Shown in pieces: positions 11,269-19,467 of a stretch of DNA of 36,276 nucleotides. Origin of the DNA: Phycisphaerae bacterium. Its GTDB lineage: Bacteria > Planctomycetota > Phycisphaerae > UBA1845 > UTPLA1. Both the position numbers and the translations under genes were made by a program. The notes under the pieces were generated by a model. That model did not search any database. It was not told the DNA's origin and saw only the letters and a program-made list of their open reading frames with translations. The stretch spans positions 1 through 36,276 of the forward strand of contig JAJDEC010000342.1 of assembly GCA_029259995.1 (NCBI GenBank), read 5' to 3'. Every line of letters starts with the position of its first letter. The stretch's first letter is position 1.

Positions 11269-12387
11269 ATGGCGAATCGGCGCGCGTTCACGCTGATCGA
11301 GATTCTGATTGTCCTGGGCATGCTTGTGCTTCTGGCCGGTATCACGTGGCCCGTGCTCGAGACGCAGATCATTGGCTCGGAACTGCCGGAGTCGGCGTCG
11401 CGCGTGCGTGATGTATTATACATGGCCCGCGCAGAAGCCGCGAAAGAGAATCGGCGGGTCCGCGTGCGATTTGCGCCGGGCGCGCAGCAGCCGATCATCG
11501 AGATCGAGCGCGATCCGATTCGTGACTACAACGTCTGGACCCCCGTCACGTCGGCGTGGGCGGAGCAGGCGATGGAGTCGTTGCTGCTTTCCGACGTGCA
11601 GGTGCACGAGATCAAGCTCGGTCGTCCCGAATTCACGAAGCCGATTTCGATCAGCGAGAGTCCGGAAGAGGAAAAGGACGAGGGCGAAACACTCAAGGAC
11701 GAGGAAGTCGGGGCGCTCGACACGGAAGAGGCGTTTGACGATCTGGATCCGTCGAACCCTGACAACAATATTGTTGATGCGGATTATCCGGTCGACGACT
11801 ATCGCGCCGCGATCCTCTTTGATGCGCACGGCAAAGTGACGTGGGCTCTGATCACGCTGGCTCGGCGGTTGCCCGAAGATGCGCTGGAAGAGGAGGATCC
11901 GTCCTCCTGGGTCCTGCTCGACGGGCGAACCGGGATCGCGTCAGTCCGATCGCCGATGGACGAGGACGAACTCGCGGATCCGGCGAACTACATCAAGCGC
12001 GAAAACCTCTACCTGCCGGAACTGAGCGATCTGGGCCGGCTGTCCCTGAAATCGACCGGCTTCGGCGGTCAGCCTGCCGTTGACGATGATGGGGACGGCA
12101 TTCCGGATAATGTCCCCGGCGGCGATTCCGGCGAATTGGATGGGGGTTCGGGCGACCCGATGCAATCGGGCGACAATCCGGGCGACTCTTCGGGATCGAA
12201 TTCTCCGCCCCCGTCCCAATCGGATATCGACGACAAGCTCGACGAGTCCGGTCTCAGCGAGGCCGAGCAGAACAACATCCGAAATGCCCTGGGCGGCGGC
12301 CGTGGCAATCAATCCACGGGCGGCAATCGCGGCGGCGGTCGCAACGGCGGCCAGAAGCGTGACAATTCCGGCGGTGGCCGCAAGTAA
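11269..12387 (+). CDS. Minor pseudopilin, GspH-like, with long acidic then Gly/Arg-rich C-terminal extension
   Basis: MANRRA|FTLIEILIVLGMLVLLAG is a prepilin-type N-terminus with Ala at -1, followed by SASRVRDVLYMARAEAAKENRRVRVRF (a GspH-like helix/strand). The last ~120 aa are low complexity (DDDGDG...GGGRGNQSTGGNRGGGRNGG). Alternative starts are ATG 11200 and GTG 11185. Confidence 0.7.
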   Translation: MANRRAFTLIEILIVLGMLVLLAGITWPVLETQIIGSELPESASRVRDVLYMARAEAAKENRRVRVRFAPGAQQPIIEIERDPIRDYNVWTPVTSAWAEQAMESLLLSDVQVHEIKLGRPEFTKPISISESPEEEKDEGETLKDEEVGALDTEEAFDDLDPSNPDNNIVDADYPVDDYRAAILFDAHGKVTWALITLARRLPEDALEEEDPSSWVLLDGRTGIASVRSPMDEDELADPANYIKRENLYLPELSDLGRLSLKSTGFGGQPAVDDDGDGIPDNVPGGDSGELDGGSGDPMQSGDNPGDSSGSNSPPPSQSDIDDKLDESGLSEAEQNNIRNALGGGRGNQSTGGNRGGGRNGGQKRDNSGGGRK

Positions 12388-12608
12388 TCTCCGCATTCCT
12401 GAATCCGTTCGTCTCTCAGCTCTAACTTCTATTGCTGCAATATGTTACGGCAGTTGATGCGGTTGCGGCGATCCCATGCCAATGCTGAAACCTTGATGGA
12501 TGACGCTGCGTGGAGCGATCCGTGCGTTCGGGCGTCCAAAATCCGGGCGGCGGGACTCCCGGAAATTGCGACGAATGCCGCTATTCGGCGTACAAGGAGG
12601 CATCTGGC

Positions 12609-13496
12609 GTGAAGGTCGACCGGCACAATGGGGTGTCGAAACGGGGGTGGTCTAACGTGGCTCACCAGTTCTTCAACTCGGGTTCCTTCGCTCGTTCGAT
12701 GAGTCGAGCGCGGCGGTCGGGCTGCGCGAAAGTCGCGCGCCCGATACGACGCGGGGCGGCCTTGCTGGAAGTCATCCTGTCGCTCTCCCTGTTGCTGGTC
12801 GCGATGGTTGCCGTCGGCGTCGTCTTTCGGAACGGGCAGTATTTCGTCGAGAAGGCCGAGTTGCGCACCCGCGCGATGCTGCTGACGGAGAAGATCATTA
12901 CTGTTCTTGATACGGGCATGGACGAGGATCGCGACGGCGAGATGGACATCGACATCACGGAGCGTGAGCAATTCGGATACTTCGTCGTTGATGGCGCCGA
13001 CGTCGGTATTCCTGGCATGAGCTGGATGACGGAGATCGAACCGTCGCGGACGGTCGAGGGGTTGTACGAAATTGATATCAACATCTTCCTGGGCGATCCG
13101 GAGGATGAGGAGACGCGGCGGAATATTCTGCGAACGCGCATTGTTCGGGCTGAGCCGCGCGGGTTCGACTTCGAGCGCGACTTGGGGCTCGATGAAGATC
13201 AGATCGAAGAACTCACGAATGCCTTGCCTGACGGAGTCGGTCCACTTCTTGACCCGACGAATTTCGATCCGCGAATGCTTGCCCAGTTGCCGGCCGATCA
13301 GTTGATCGAGTTGTTACCGACGCTGATGCAGGCGTTCGGGAGTCAGTTGGGCGCCGGGCAGGTTGACCAGTTGATGAACATGGTCAATTCCGGCAATGCG
13401 CAGAACGTCGTCAATCAGGCCACGGGCGGAGCGAGCGGCGGTCAGTCGCCGTTGACGCCCGTCGTCTCCCAGCCGGGCCAAAAGAGGGATCAATGA
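12609..13496 (+). CDS. Minor pseudopilin, GspI-like, expanded
   Basis: The prepilin-like motif is PIRRG|AALLEVILSLSLLLVAMVAV, with Glu at +5. The best Shine-Dalgarno in the window (AAGGAGG, 12594-12600) lies 8 nt upstream of GTG 12609. ATG 12699 would give a shorter, more conventional leader. The stop overlaps the next start (ATGA). Confidence 0.6.
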   Translation: MKVDRHNGVSKRGWSNVAHQFFNSGSFARSMSRARRSGCAKVARPIRRGAALLEVILSLSLLLVAMVAVGVVFRNGQYFVEKAELRTRAMLLTEKIITVLDTGMDEDRDGEMDIDITEREQFGYFVVDGADVGIPGMSWMTEIEPSRTVEGLYEIDINIFLGDPEDEETRRNILRTRIVRAEPRGFDFERDLGLDEDQIEELTNALPDGVGPLLDPTNFDPRMLAQLPADQLIELLPTLMQAFGSQLGAGQVDQLMNMVNSGNAQNVVNQATGGASGGQSPLTPVVSQPGQKRDQ

Positions 13497-14371
13497 TGGC
13501 AGCTCCCATGAGGAAACTCAATGTGCGCCGCCAAGGCTTCACGCTGGTGGAAGTCGTCCTCGCGCTGGGGCTCGTCGTCATCATCGGGGCGATGATGTTC
13601 TCATTTTACGACCTGACATTGCGCACGCGCGAGCAGGGCCGCGTCGCCGTTAAGTCGGGGATTCTCGCGCAGCGTGTCGCGTATCAGATTGCCGAAGAGG
13701 TTCGGGCCTGCAACGGATTCCTGACGAGTATGGGGCCGGGCATTTCGGGGACAGATCGATTTCTCAGCATTCAATGCGTTCGATTTCCCGGCAAGCATGT
13801 GTTTCAGCGTCGTTCGATCACGGATGAGCAGCCGCCGGCAGAGTGCGACATCCGCCAGGTGCAGTATTACCTGGCTTACGATCTCGAAGAGGAATTCGAT
13901 CCGCATATGTATGCGAACGGCGTCGAGGGACCGAAGCCGCTCGGATTGGTTCGTCGGGAAGTCAAGACGCCGTTCCAACTGGCGTTCATCGATCGTGACG
14001 AGAAATCGGTTGCGTTGGATATCGTTTCCGAAGAGTTGAAGTACGTTCGATTCAGGTATTTCGACGGTGTCGACTGGGCGGACTATTGGGATGTCGGCGA
14101 GGGTTCGCCCGGCGGAAACTCCCTGCCGCAGGCCGTGGAAATCACGGTCGGATACACGGAACTCGCGCCGCCTGAAGAAGAGGAAGAGGCAGAGGATGAG
14201 GAAGACGAGGCGGAATTCGGCGATTCCAATCTGACGCCCGCACTGCCCGAACCTTATGCGGCTGAGACATATACAGTCACGGTTCGACTGCATCAGGCGG
14301 ATACATTCTTCGGCTCGCGCCTCATGCGGGCGCAGCAGAGCACGGGCGGTGGTGCAGGAGGCGGCATATGA
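13493..14371 (+). CDS. Minor pseudopilin, GspJ-like
   Basis: The N-terminus is MMAAPMRKLNVRRQG|FTLVEVVLALGLVVIIGAMMF, with Glu at +5. A beta-rich body contains a poly-acidic insert PPEEEEEAEDEEDEAEF. GAGGGA lies upstream, and both ends have ATGA overlaps with their neighbours. Confidence 0.7.
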   Translation: MMAAPMRKLNVRRQGFTLVEVVLALGLVVIIGAMMFSFYDLTLRTREQGRVAVKSGILAQRVAYQIAEEVRACNGFLTSMGPGISGTDRFLSIQCVRFPGKHVFQRRSITDEQPPAECDIRQVQYYLAYDLEEEFDPHMYANGVEGPKPLGLVRREVKTPFQLAFIDRDEKSVALDIVSEELKYVRFRYFDGVDWADYWDVGEGSPGGNSLPQAVEITVGYTELAPPEEEEEAEDEEDEAEFGDSNLTPALPEPYAAETYTVTVRLHQADTFFGSRLMRAQQSTGGGAGGGI

Positions 14372-16059
14372 CGTCTCTATCCTGCAATCGACGCAATCGC
14401 ATTGGGAAGACAGCGCGTCGGCCGGCGTTCATGCTTGTCGTCGTGCTGGTGATGATCGTGCTTCTGTCGCTGCTGGCCGCCGGATACACGCTGATGGTGC
14501 GATCGCATGTGGATACCGTGGAAACACGGATTCAGGAATTCCAGATGCGGATGGCGGCCGAGGCCGGGATTCAGAGGATCGTGCCGATTCTGCGCGACAG
14601 CCAAGGTGATCTCGCGACCTGGTACAACAATCCGGAAGCGCTGCGGGCGATCCCGTTTGACGGCGCCGACGACGAAGGGGGCGTGGCCACGATCGACAAG
14701 TCGTCGGAGGCTCGGACGTACGATTCGAGCGCCGATCCGATTGTCCGGTTCACGATCATCGCGTCGGATCCCGACGATCCGGACAAAGTCAGATATGGGA
14801 TCACGGACGAATGCGCCCGCCTGGATCTCAATCTGATCACTGAGCCGCAGCTGCGCCGACTCTTGAACAATGTGATTCCGCAGACGACGGAGAATGCAGT
14901 CGACATCAACGTATTGGTCGACTCACTGCTGGATTGGCGCGAGGCCGGCAACTCGGCGCGGCCCAATGGCGCAAAAGATGCCTACTACGGCGCGCTCTAT
15001 CCGCCGTATCAGGCAAAAAAGGCGCCCTTCTCCACGATCGAAGAACTGCTGTTGGTGCGCGGATTCACGGGCTGGGTTGTCTTCGGCGAAGACTACAACC
15101 AGAACGGTCTGCTCGATCCGAACGAAGATGACGGCAACGAGTCGTTTCCATTCGATGATGCCGACAGCGAGTTGTTTCCGGGATTGGCGAAGTATTTCAC
15201 GATCTGGTCGCAGGAAGCGAATGTGTCGGCCGACGGTCGACCGCGGATTTTTCTGAACCAGCAGGACCTTGAGAAGCTCCAGGAAGACCTCGAAGAGGAG
15301 ATGGATAGCGACATTGTCAGCTATATCATGAATGTTCGTTCGGGCGGAGCCACGTTTAACAGTGTTATGAACCTCCTTCCCGCGCCGCCGCCGATTGAGC
15401 CTGACGAATCTGACGAACAAACCGGCGTTCCAGTACAGCCGGACGGTGGCGATCCAACTTCGCAGCCGAGTGACGAGATTGACGAAATCACACCGGAAGA
15501 ATTGGCCGATCAAATTGCAAACCTGCAAGCGTCCGAGAATGTGGTCGCTGCGCCGCCGTCGTATGCGAATCTGACGGATGAGGAGCCGCCCGGGACGATT
15601 GAGGACTTGCCGCAGATTCTGGACCGGCTCACGGTACAGCCCACGCCGATTTTCCAGGGGCGGATCAATGTGAGTACGGCGCCGCGTCCGGTGTTGAGCG
15701 GTCTGATGGAATTGTCGGGCGACGAGATCGATGCGATCGTCGCGGCGCGCAAGGATTTGTCTTCGGCGGATCGTTCGTCGCCGGCATGGCTGCTGTCGAA
15801 CGGCGTGCTGGATGAGAATCGGTTTCGGCAGATATTGGACAAGATCACGACGAAGTCGTCGAAGTACAGGATCGAATCATTGGGCTATGCGGACCATCAC
15901 GGTGTCGTCGAACGGATCATGGTGATTCTGGAGATGCGCGGTCCCATTCCACAAGTCGTCTACTATCGAAATATGAACGAGCTGGGCCCCGCCTACACGC
16001 CGCATGGCGACGAAGTGCGCGGTCGAGCGAGTGGCGGACCAGGATCGAGCGGAAACTAA
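14368..16059 (+). CDS. gspK: Minor pseudopilin GspK-like (tip-complex cap), expanded
   Basis: AGGAGG lies 6 nt upstream. The N-terminus RRPAFMLVVVLVMIVLLSLLAAG lacks Glu+5, as in GspK. Further motifs are GITDECARLDLN, YPPYQAKKAPFSTIEELLLVRGF, the Ca-site-like NQNGLLDPNEDDGN and INVSTAPRPVLSGL...DEIDAIVAAR (an HhH-like part of the T2SSK domain). Confidence 0.8.
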   Translation: MTSLSCNRRNRIGKTARRPAFMLVVVLVMIVLLSLLAAGYTLMVRSHVDTVETRIQEFQMRMAAEAGIQRIVPILRDSQGDLATWYNNPEALRAIPFDGADDEGGVATIDKSSEARTYDSSADPIVRFTIIASDPDDPDKVRYGITDECARLDLNLITEPQLRRLLNNVIPQTTENAVDINVLVDSLLDWREAGNSARPNGAKDAYYGALYPPYQAKKAPFSTIEELLLVRGFTGWVVFGEDYNQNGLLDPNEDDGNESFPFDDADSELFPGLAKYFTIWSQEANVSADGRPRIFLNQQDLEKLQEDLEEEMDSDIVSYIMNVRSGGATFNSVMNLLPAPPPIEPDESDEQTGVPVQPDGGDPTSQPSDEIDEITPEELADQIANLQASENVVAAPPSYANLTDEEPPGTIEDLPQILDRLTVQPTPIFQGRINVSTAPRPVLSGLMELSGDEIDAIVAARKDLSSADRSSPAWLLSNGVLDENRFRQILDKITTKSSKYRIESLGYADHHGVVERIMVILEMRGPIPQVVYYRNMNELGPAYTPHGDEVRGRASGGPGSSGN

Positions 16060-17777
16060 TGGCATTCGGCGGCAAGAAGCTTCTGACAGTGGATTGGGAC
16101 ACGCAGGATTTGCGCATGGCGCTGGTCCAGCCGCGTGCGAACGGTATTGAATTGCTCAAGGCAGTTTCAGTACCGATCCCGAAAGAGATCGCGACGGATC
16201 AACCCGAGCGCTTCGGTGCGTTCCTGCGTGAGGCGATTCGCCAGTCGCGGATCGGCAACAAGCACGCCGTCTTCTGCGTACCGCGCGAGCAGGTCGTGCT
16301 GAACACGATCAATCTCCCGCCGTCACCGGCGGACGATCTGCCGGCGATTATTCTGAATCAGATCGCGCGGGAATTGCCGTTTTCGTCGGAACAGGCGTCG
16401 ATCGATTTCGCCCTCTCGTCGGATCACGATCCGAAGGAGCCGTCGACGGCCCTGGTTGCGGCCGTCCGCAATGAGGACGTCGATTTTTATCGAAAAGTGG
16501 CATCGGAAGCGGGTTTGTCGCTCAGCCGAATCGGTTTGCGTCCCTACGCCAATCGCCAGGCGATCATGGCATGCGTTTCGGAAGCCACGAATCAGACAAT
16601 GCTCGTGGTCGAAAGCGGGCCGCATCATACGGAGATCAGTGTCCTGCGGGACGGTGCGCTCGTCTTCAGCCGTTCGGCGACGGCGACGATGCCCGTGCTT
16701 CGCGAGGAGCGTCTCGACAACAACCAGGACAGTCGGATTACAACGCCGGGCGTGTTAGATGCCCGCGAGAGCGAGCATACGCGTGAGGCGATCAGCCGCC
16801 TGATGGTTGAGATCATCCGCTCGTTCGAGGCGTATCGTGCAACGGACACGTCGGCGAGCGTCGATCACATCGTTGTCTGCGGTGCGACGGGGCTGGAAGC
16901 CGAATTGGCGCAATCGCTGGCGGCGCGTTTTGCGGCCCGGGCGGAATTATTCGCCCCGGATCGGGCGCTGGATCTGTCGGCGAATCGCGCGAAGGAGCTG
17001 CGTGGCTTCAGCGCCGTCCTGGGTCTTGCGATGGGTCACGGTCGCGACCCGCTTGTGAGCTTCGATTTCCTGTCGCCGAAGAAGCCGATCAGTCGGCGAA
17101 CGGTTCGGATGCGGAAGGTCCCGCGCGTGGCGCTGACGGCGGCGTTTCTGGTCGCGGCGATCGGCGTGACGTACGGCAAGTTTGTCTGGGGACCGATGGC
17201 TCAGGCGGATGCGGCGCTGGAGGCCTACAAGAAGGACCAGCCTCAGGAAAAGCGAATCAAGGGTCTGAAGTCGCTGTTGGACATCGTCGAGTCATGGGAC
17301 GAAGCGGATCAATACTGGCCAGAAACCATCGTCAAGTTGACGAAAGTGTTTCCGGATTCGGATCAGGTGCAAGTGACGCGGATGTCATTCAGTTCGGATG
17401 AACGGGGCCGCAAGGGCAGAAGGAAATACGTCGCCACGCTGGATATGAAACTGCGTACGGCAAAGCTCGGCGTAGTGAACGAGATCACAGAAAAGCTTCG
17501 CGAACTCGGCTTCGAGGATGTCATTCCCGGCAGCGAATCGCCGATTCGTGGCCGCGGCGGTTCGATCTACAAGTTTGACACGAGCATTCGGGCCCAGATT
17601 CCCAAACGCAAGCGCGGCAAGTCGACGATCGCAGCCGAGGCTGCCGAGAATGACGAGGCGTTCGATGATGCAGCGGATGCGGATATCGAGGCGCCTGTGC
17701 CTGAAAACGATGTCGCTCCCGCAAATGAGAGCGTTACTGCAGCGGCAGCCATCAGTGGACGGGGGGCGTCGTCATGA
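16059..17777 (+). CDS. pilM: PilM-like actin-fold protein fused to a TM segment and a PilN/GspL-like periplasmic part
   Basis: The N-terminal ~340 aa show a PilM pattern (LLTVDWDTQDLRMALV...VFCVPREQVVLNTINLPP...LPAIILNQIARELPF...MLVVESGPHHTEISV). This is followed by the basic stretch RRTVRMRKVPR, the TM segment VALTAAFLVAAIGVTYGKFVW, a coiled/ferredoxin-like region and an acidic tail. The start overlaps the gspK stop (TAATG). Confidence 0.72.
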   Translation: MAFGGKKLLTVDWDTQDLRMALVQPRANGIELLKAVSVPIPKEIATDQPERFGAFLREAIRQSRIGNKHAVFCVPREQVVLNTINLPPSPADDLPAIILNQIARELPFSSEQASIDFALSSDHDPKEPSTALVAAVRNEDVDFYRKVASEAGLSLSRIGLRPYANRQAIMACVSEATNQTMLVVESGPHHTEISVLRDGALVFSRSATATMPVLREERLDNNQDSRITTPGVLDARESEHTREAISRLMVEIIRSFEAYRATDTSASVDHIVVCGATGLEAELAQSLAARFAARAELFAPDRALDLSANRAKELRGFSAVLGLAMGHGRDPLVSFDFLSPKKPISRRTVRMRKVPRVALTAAFLVAAIGVTYGKFVWGPMAQADAALEAYKKDQPQEKRIKGLKSLLDIVESWDEADQYWPETIVKLTKVFPDSDQVQVTRMSFSSDERGRKGRRKYVATLDMKLRTAKLGVVNEITEKLRELGFEDVIPGSESPIRGRGGSIYKFDTSIRAQIPKRKRGKSTIAAEAAENDEAFDDAADADIEAPVPENDVAPANESVTAAAAISGRGASS

Positions 17778-19336
17778 ATCCGGGAGAGAAGCGACTCGCG
17801 ATCATCTTTGGCGCGGCCGTATCGTGCGTCCTGGGATATTACATCGTCACGGGTGTGTTCATCGGTCCGGCGACGAAGGCAAAGGCGGACCTGGAGAACT
17901 GGACGCAGAAGCAAAGTGAATTGGACATGCTGACACGTTCCGAATTGAACTTCGCCGAACGCTGGCAAAAGTACGTCAATCGGACCTTCAGTTTCGATCG
18001 GAATCAGACGTTCGACTGGTTCGGCGAAGCGCTCAAGGAAACGGCCGCCGCCAACGGATTTTCCGCGCCGGATATCAAGAAGAAATCCTCGACGAAGAAG
18101 CTCGGCAGCAAGACGGGCATTGAGGCCATTTCGTATGAAGTGACCGTCAAGGATGAGTATACGAAGGCGATGACTCTGTTACGCGCGATGTACGATTCGG
18201 CGTACATCTCGCGCGTCACGGAGGTTCAGTTGACGCCGGAGCCGAGAGAAGGGCGCAACATCATCAAACTGACATTTGATGTGGCGACGATGATTCTTCC
18301 CGAAGTGCCCAGGAAGGAGTCGGCGATGTTCGCCACGGCGAAGCCGAAGATGCGGGATGCCGACGAGTCGCTCGGCAAGTGGCGCGATGACTTTCCGCCG
18401 GACGAAGCGTTTGCATTGCTCGAAGTGCGGAACATCTTCCGCGAACACATGCCGCCGCCGGCGAATACCGTCCTGATCGACAATCGCGATATCAAGCTCG
18501 TCGGCATCGATGCGGCATTCCTCTGGGAAGGCGAAGTCTCGACGCAGACGCAGTCGGGCGTTGAGCCGGGCAAGCAGAAGCAGATCGTCGGCAAGGGCGA
18601 TGAAGTCGATATTCGCGGCGTCTATGCGGATGGCACGGAGTTCCGTCAGCGTCATGCATTCCAGGACGGCAAGCCGTGGACCTACAAAGTGCCGAGCCAC
18701 ACGCCGCCGCTGCCGCCGAAGACGATCAACCTGGCGATCGACAGTCGCGACAAGGAAGAGGCGCGATTCACGATCACGATCACGGAAGAGGGCGGCAAGC
18801 AGAAGACGTTGCCGCCGATGGTGATTTCGCCGGAAACGAAACTTCCTCTGGGCGATTTTGAAGCCGTTGCCATCGCCGTGTCAGCCGTCTATCCGACAGG
18901 GAAGCTGGTGCGCGAGCAACGATTCACGCCGAGGCCGGGGGAGCAGGTTTACCTGATTCCCGAACAGGCGGTCGCCCCCGTCGAGATTGACGAACCCCCC
19001 GTTGAAGTCGTTGTCGACGATTGTCCGCCGAAGTCGGGATACACGGTATCGGGATTGCTGACTTATCGCGATCCGCAGACGGGCGACGACAAGCAGGAGA
19101 TGATCGTTAACGGACCTGACGGCCGCGAAATCTTCGTGGCGGGGAATACCGCGGATGTGATTGATTGCGGCGTGTTGATCGCCGTGTGCCCGTTGGGCGG
19201 CATCGTGTATATGCAGGAAACCGAGAGTTATTACCTTTATCCTCGCGGTGAGAGTTTCGAAGCGCGTGCGAAGCTGAACGCGGAGCAGCCCGAACAGCTG
19301 GCGATGGCGATTCAGGAATGGTCACAACAGAATTAA
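17774..19336 (+). CDS. PilO/GspM-like bitopic protein with ~350-aa extension ending in a PilP/GspC-HR-like segment
   Basis: The N-terminus is MNPGEKRLAIIFGAAVSCVLGYYIVTGVFIGP (short cytoplasmic part plus TM), then a coiled segment and a PilO-like fold region. The C-terminal segment is YTVSGLLTYRDPQTGDDKQEMIVNGPDGREIFVAGNTADVIDCGVLIAVCPLGGIVYMQE (19040-19230). It has an ATGA overlap with the upstream gene. Confidence 0.6.
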   Translation: MNPGEKRLAIIFGAAVSCVLGYYIVTGVFIGPATKAKADLENWTQKQSELDMLTRSELNFAERWQKYVNRTFSFDRNQTFDWFGEALKETAAANGFSAPDIKKKSSTKKLGSKTGIEAISYEVTVKDEYTKAMTLLRAMYDSAYISRVTEVQLTPEPREGRNIIKLTFDVATMILPEVPRKESAMFATAKPKMRDADESLGKWRDDFPPDEAFALLEVRNIFREHMPPPANTVLIDNRDIKLVGIDAAFLWEGEVSTQTQSGVEPGKQKQIVGKGDEVDIRGVYADGTEFRQRHAFQDGKPWTYKVPSHTPPLPPKTINLAIDSRDKEEARFTITITEEGGKQKTLPPMVISPETKLPLGDFEAVAIAVSAVYPTGKLVREQRFTPRPGEQVYLIPEQAVAPVEIDEPPVEVVVDDCPPKSGYTVSGLLTYRDPQTGDDKQEMIVNGPDGREIFVAGNTADVIDCGVLIAVCPLGGIVYMQETESYYLYPRGESFEARAKLNAEQPEQLAMAIQEWSQQN

Positions 19337-19467
19337 GTGCCGCAATCGTGCGGTGCGAATCTGGTATCAGTTCCCGTCCACTCGGGACGGGATTCAAAAG
19401 CAGCGGGCGACGTCGTCGGGGGCGTACTGGACGAGTCGCACGCGTTTGCGAAAGGACACAACGAATC

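Noticed and set aside
12429-12971. 180-aa minus-strand ORF spanning the H-like/I-like gap and the I-like pseudopilin 5' end.
   Set aside because: It is antisense to the prepilin motif-bearing frame and its translation has no features. It is rejected in favour of the plus-strand pseudopilin.
19318-19467. Upstream ATG at 19318 extending the secretin by 50 residues (MVTTELSAAIVRCESGISSRPLGTGFKSSGRRRRGRTGRV...), including an RRRR run that could hint at a Tat signal.
   Set aside because: It overlaps the upstream gene by 19 nt and would put the hydrophobic signal core ~65 aa from the N-terminus. The Arg run is ~30 aa from the h-region and lacks the S/T-R-R-x-F-L-K context. ATG 19468 gives a normal Sec signal peptide. 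I cannot exclude 19318 without experimental data.
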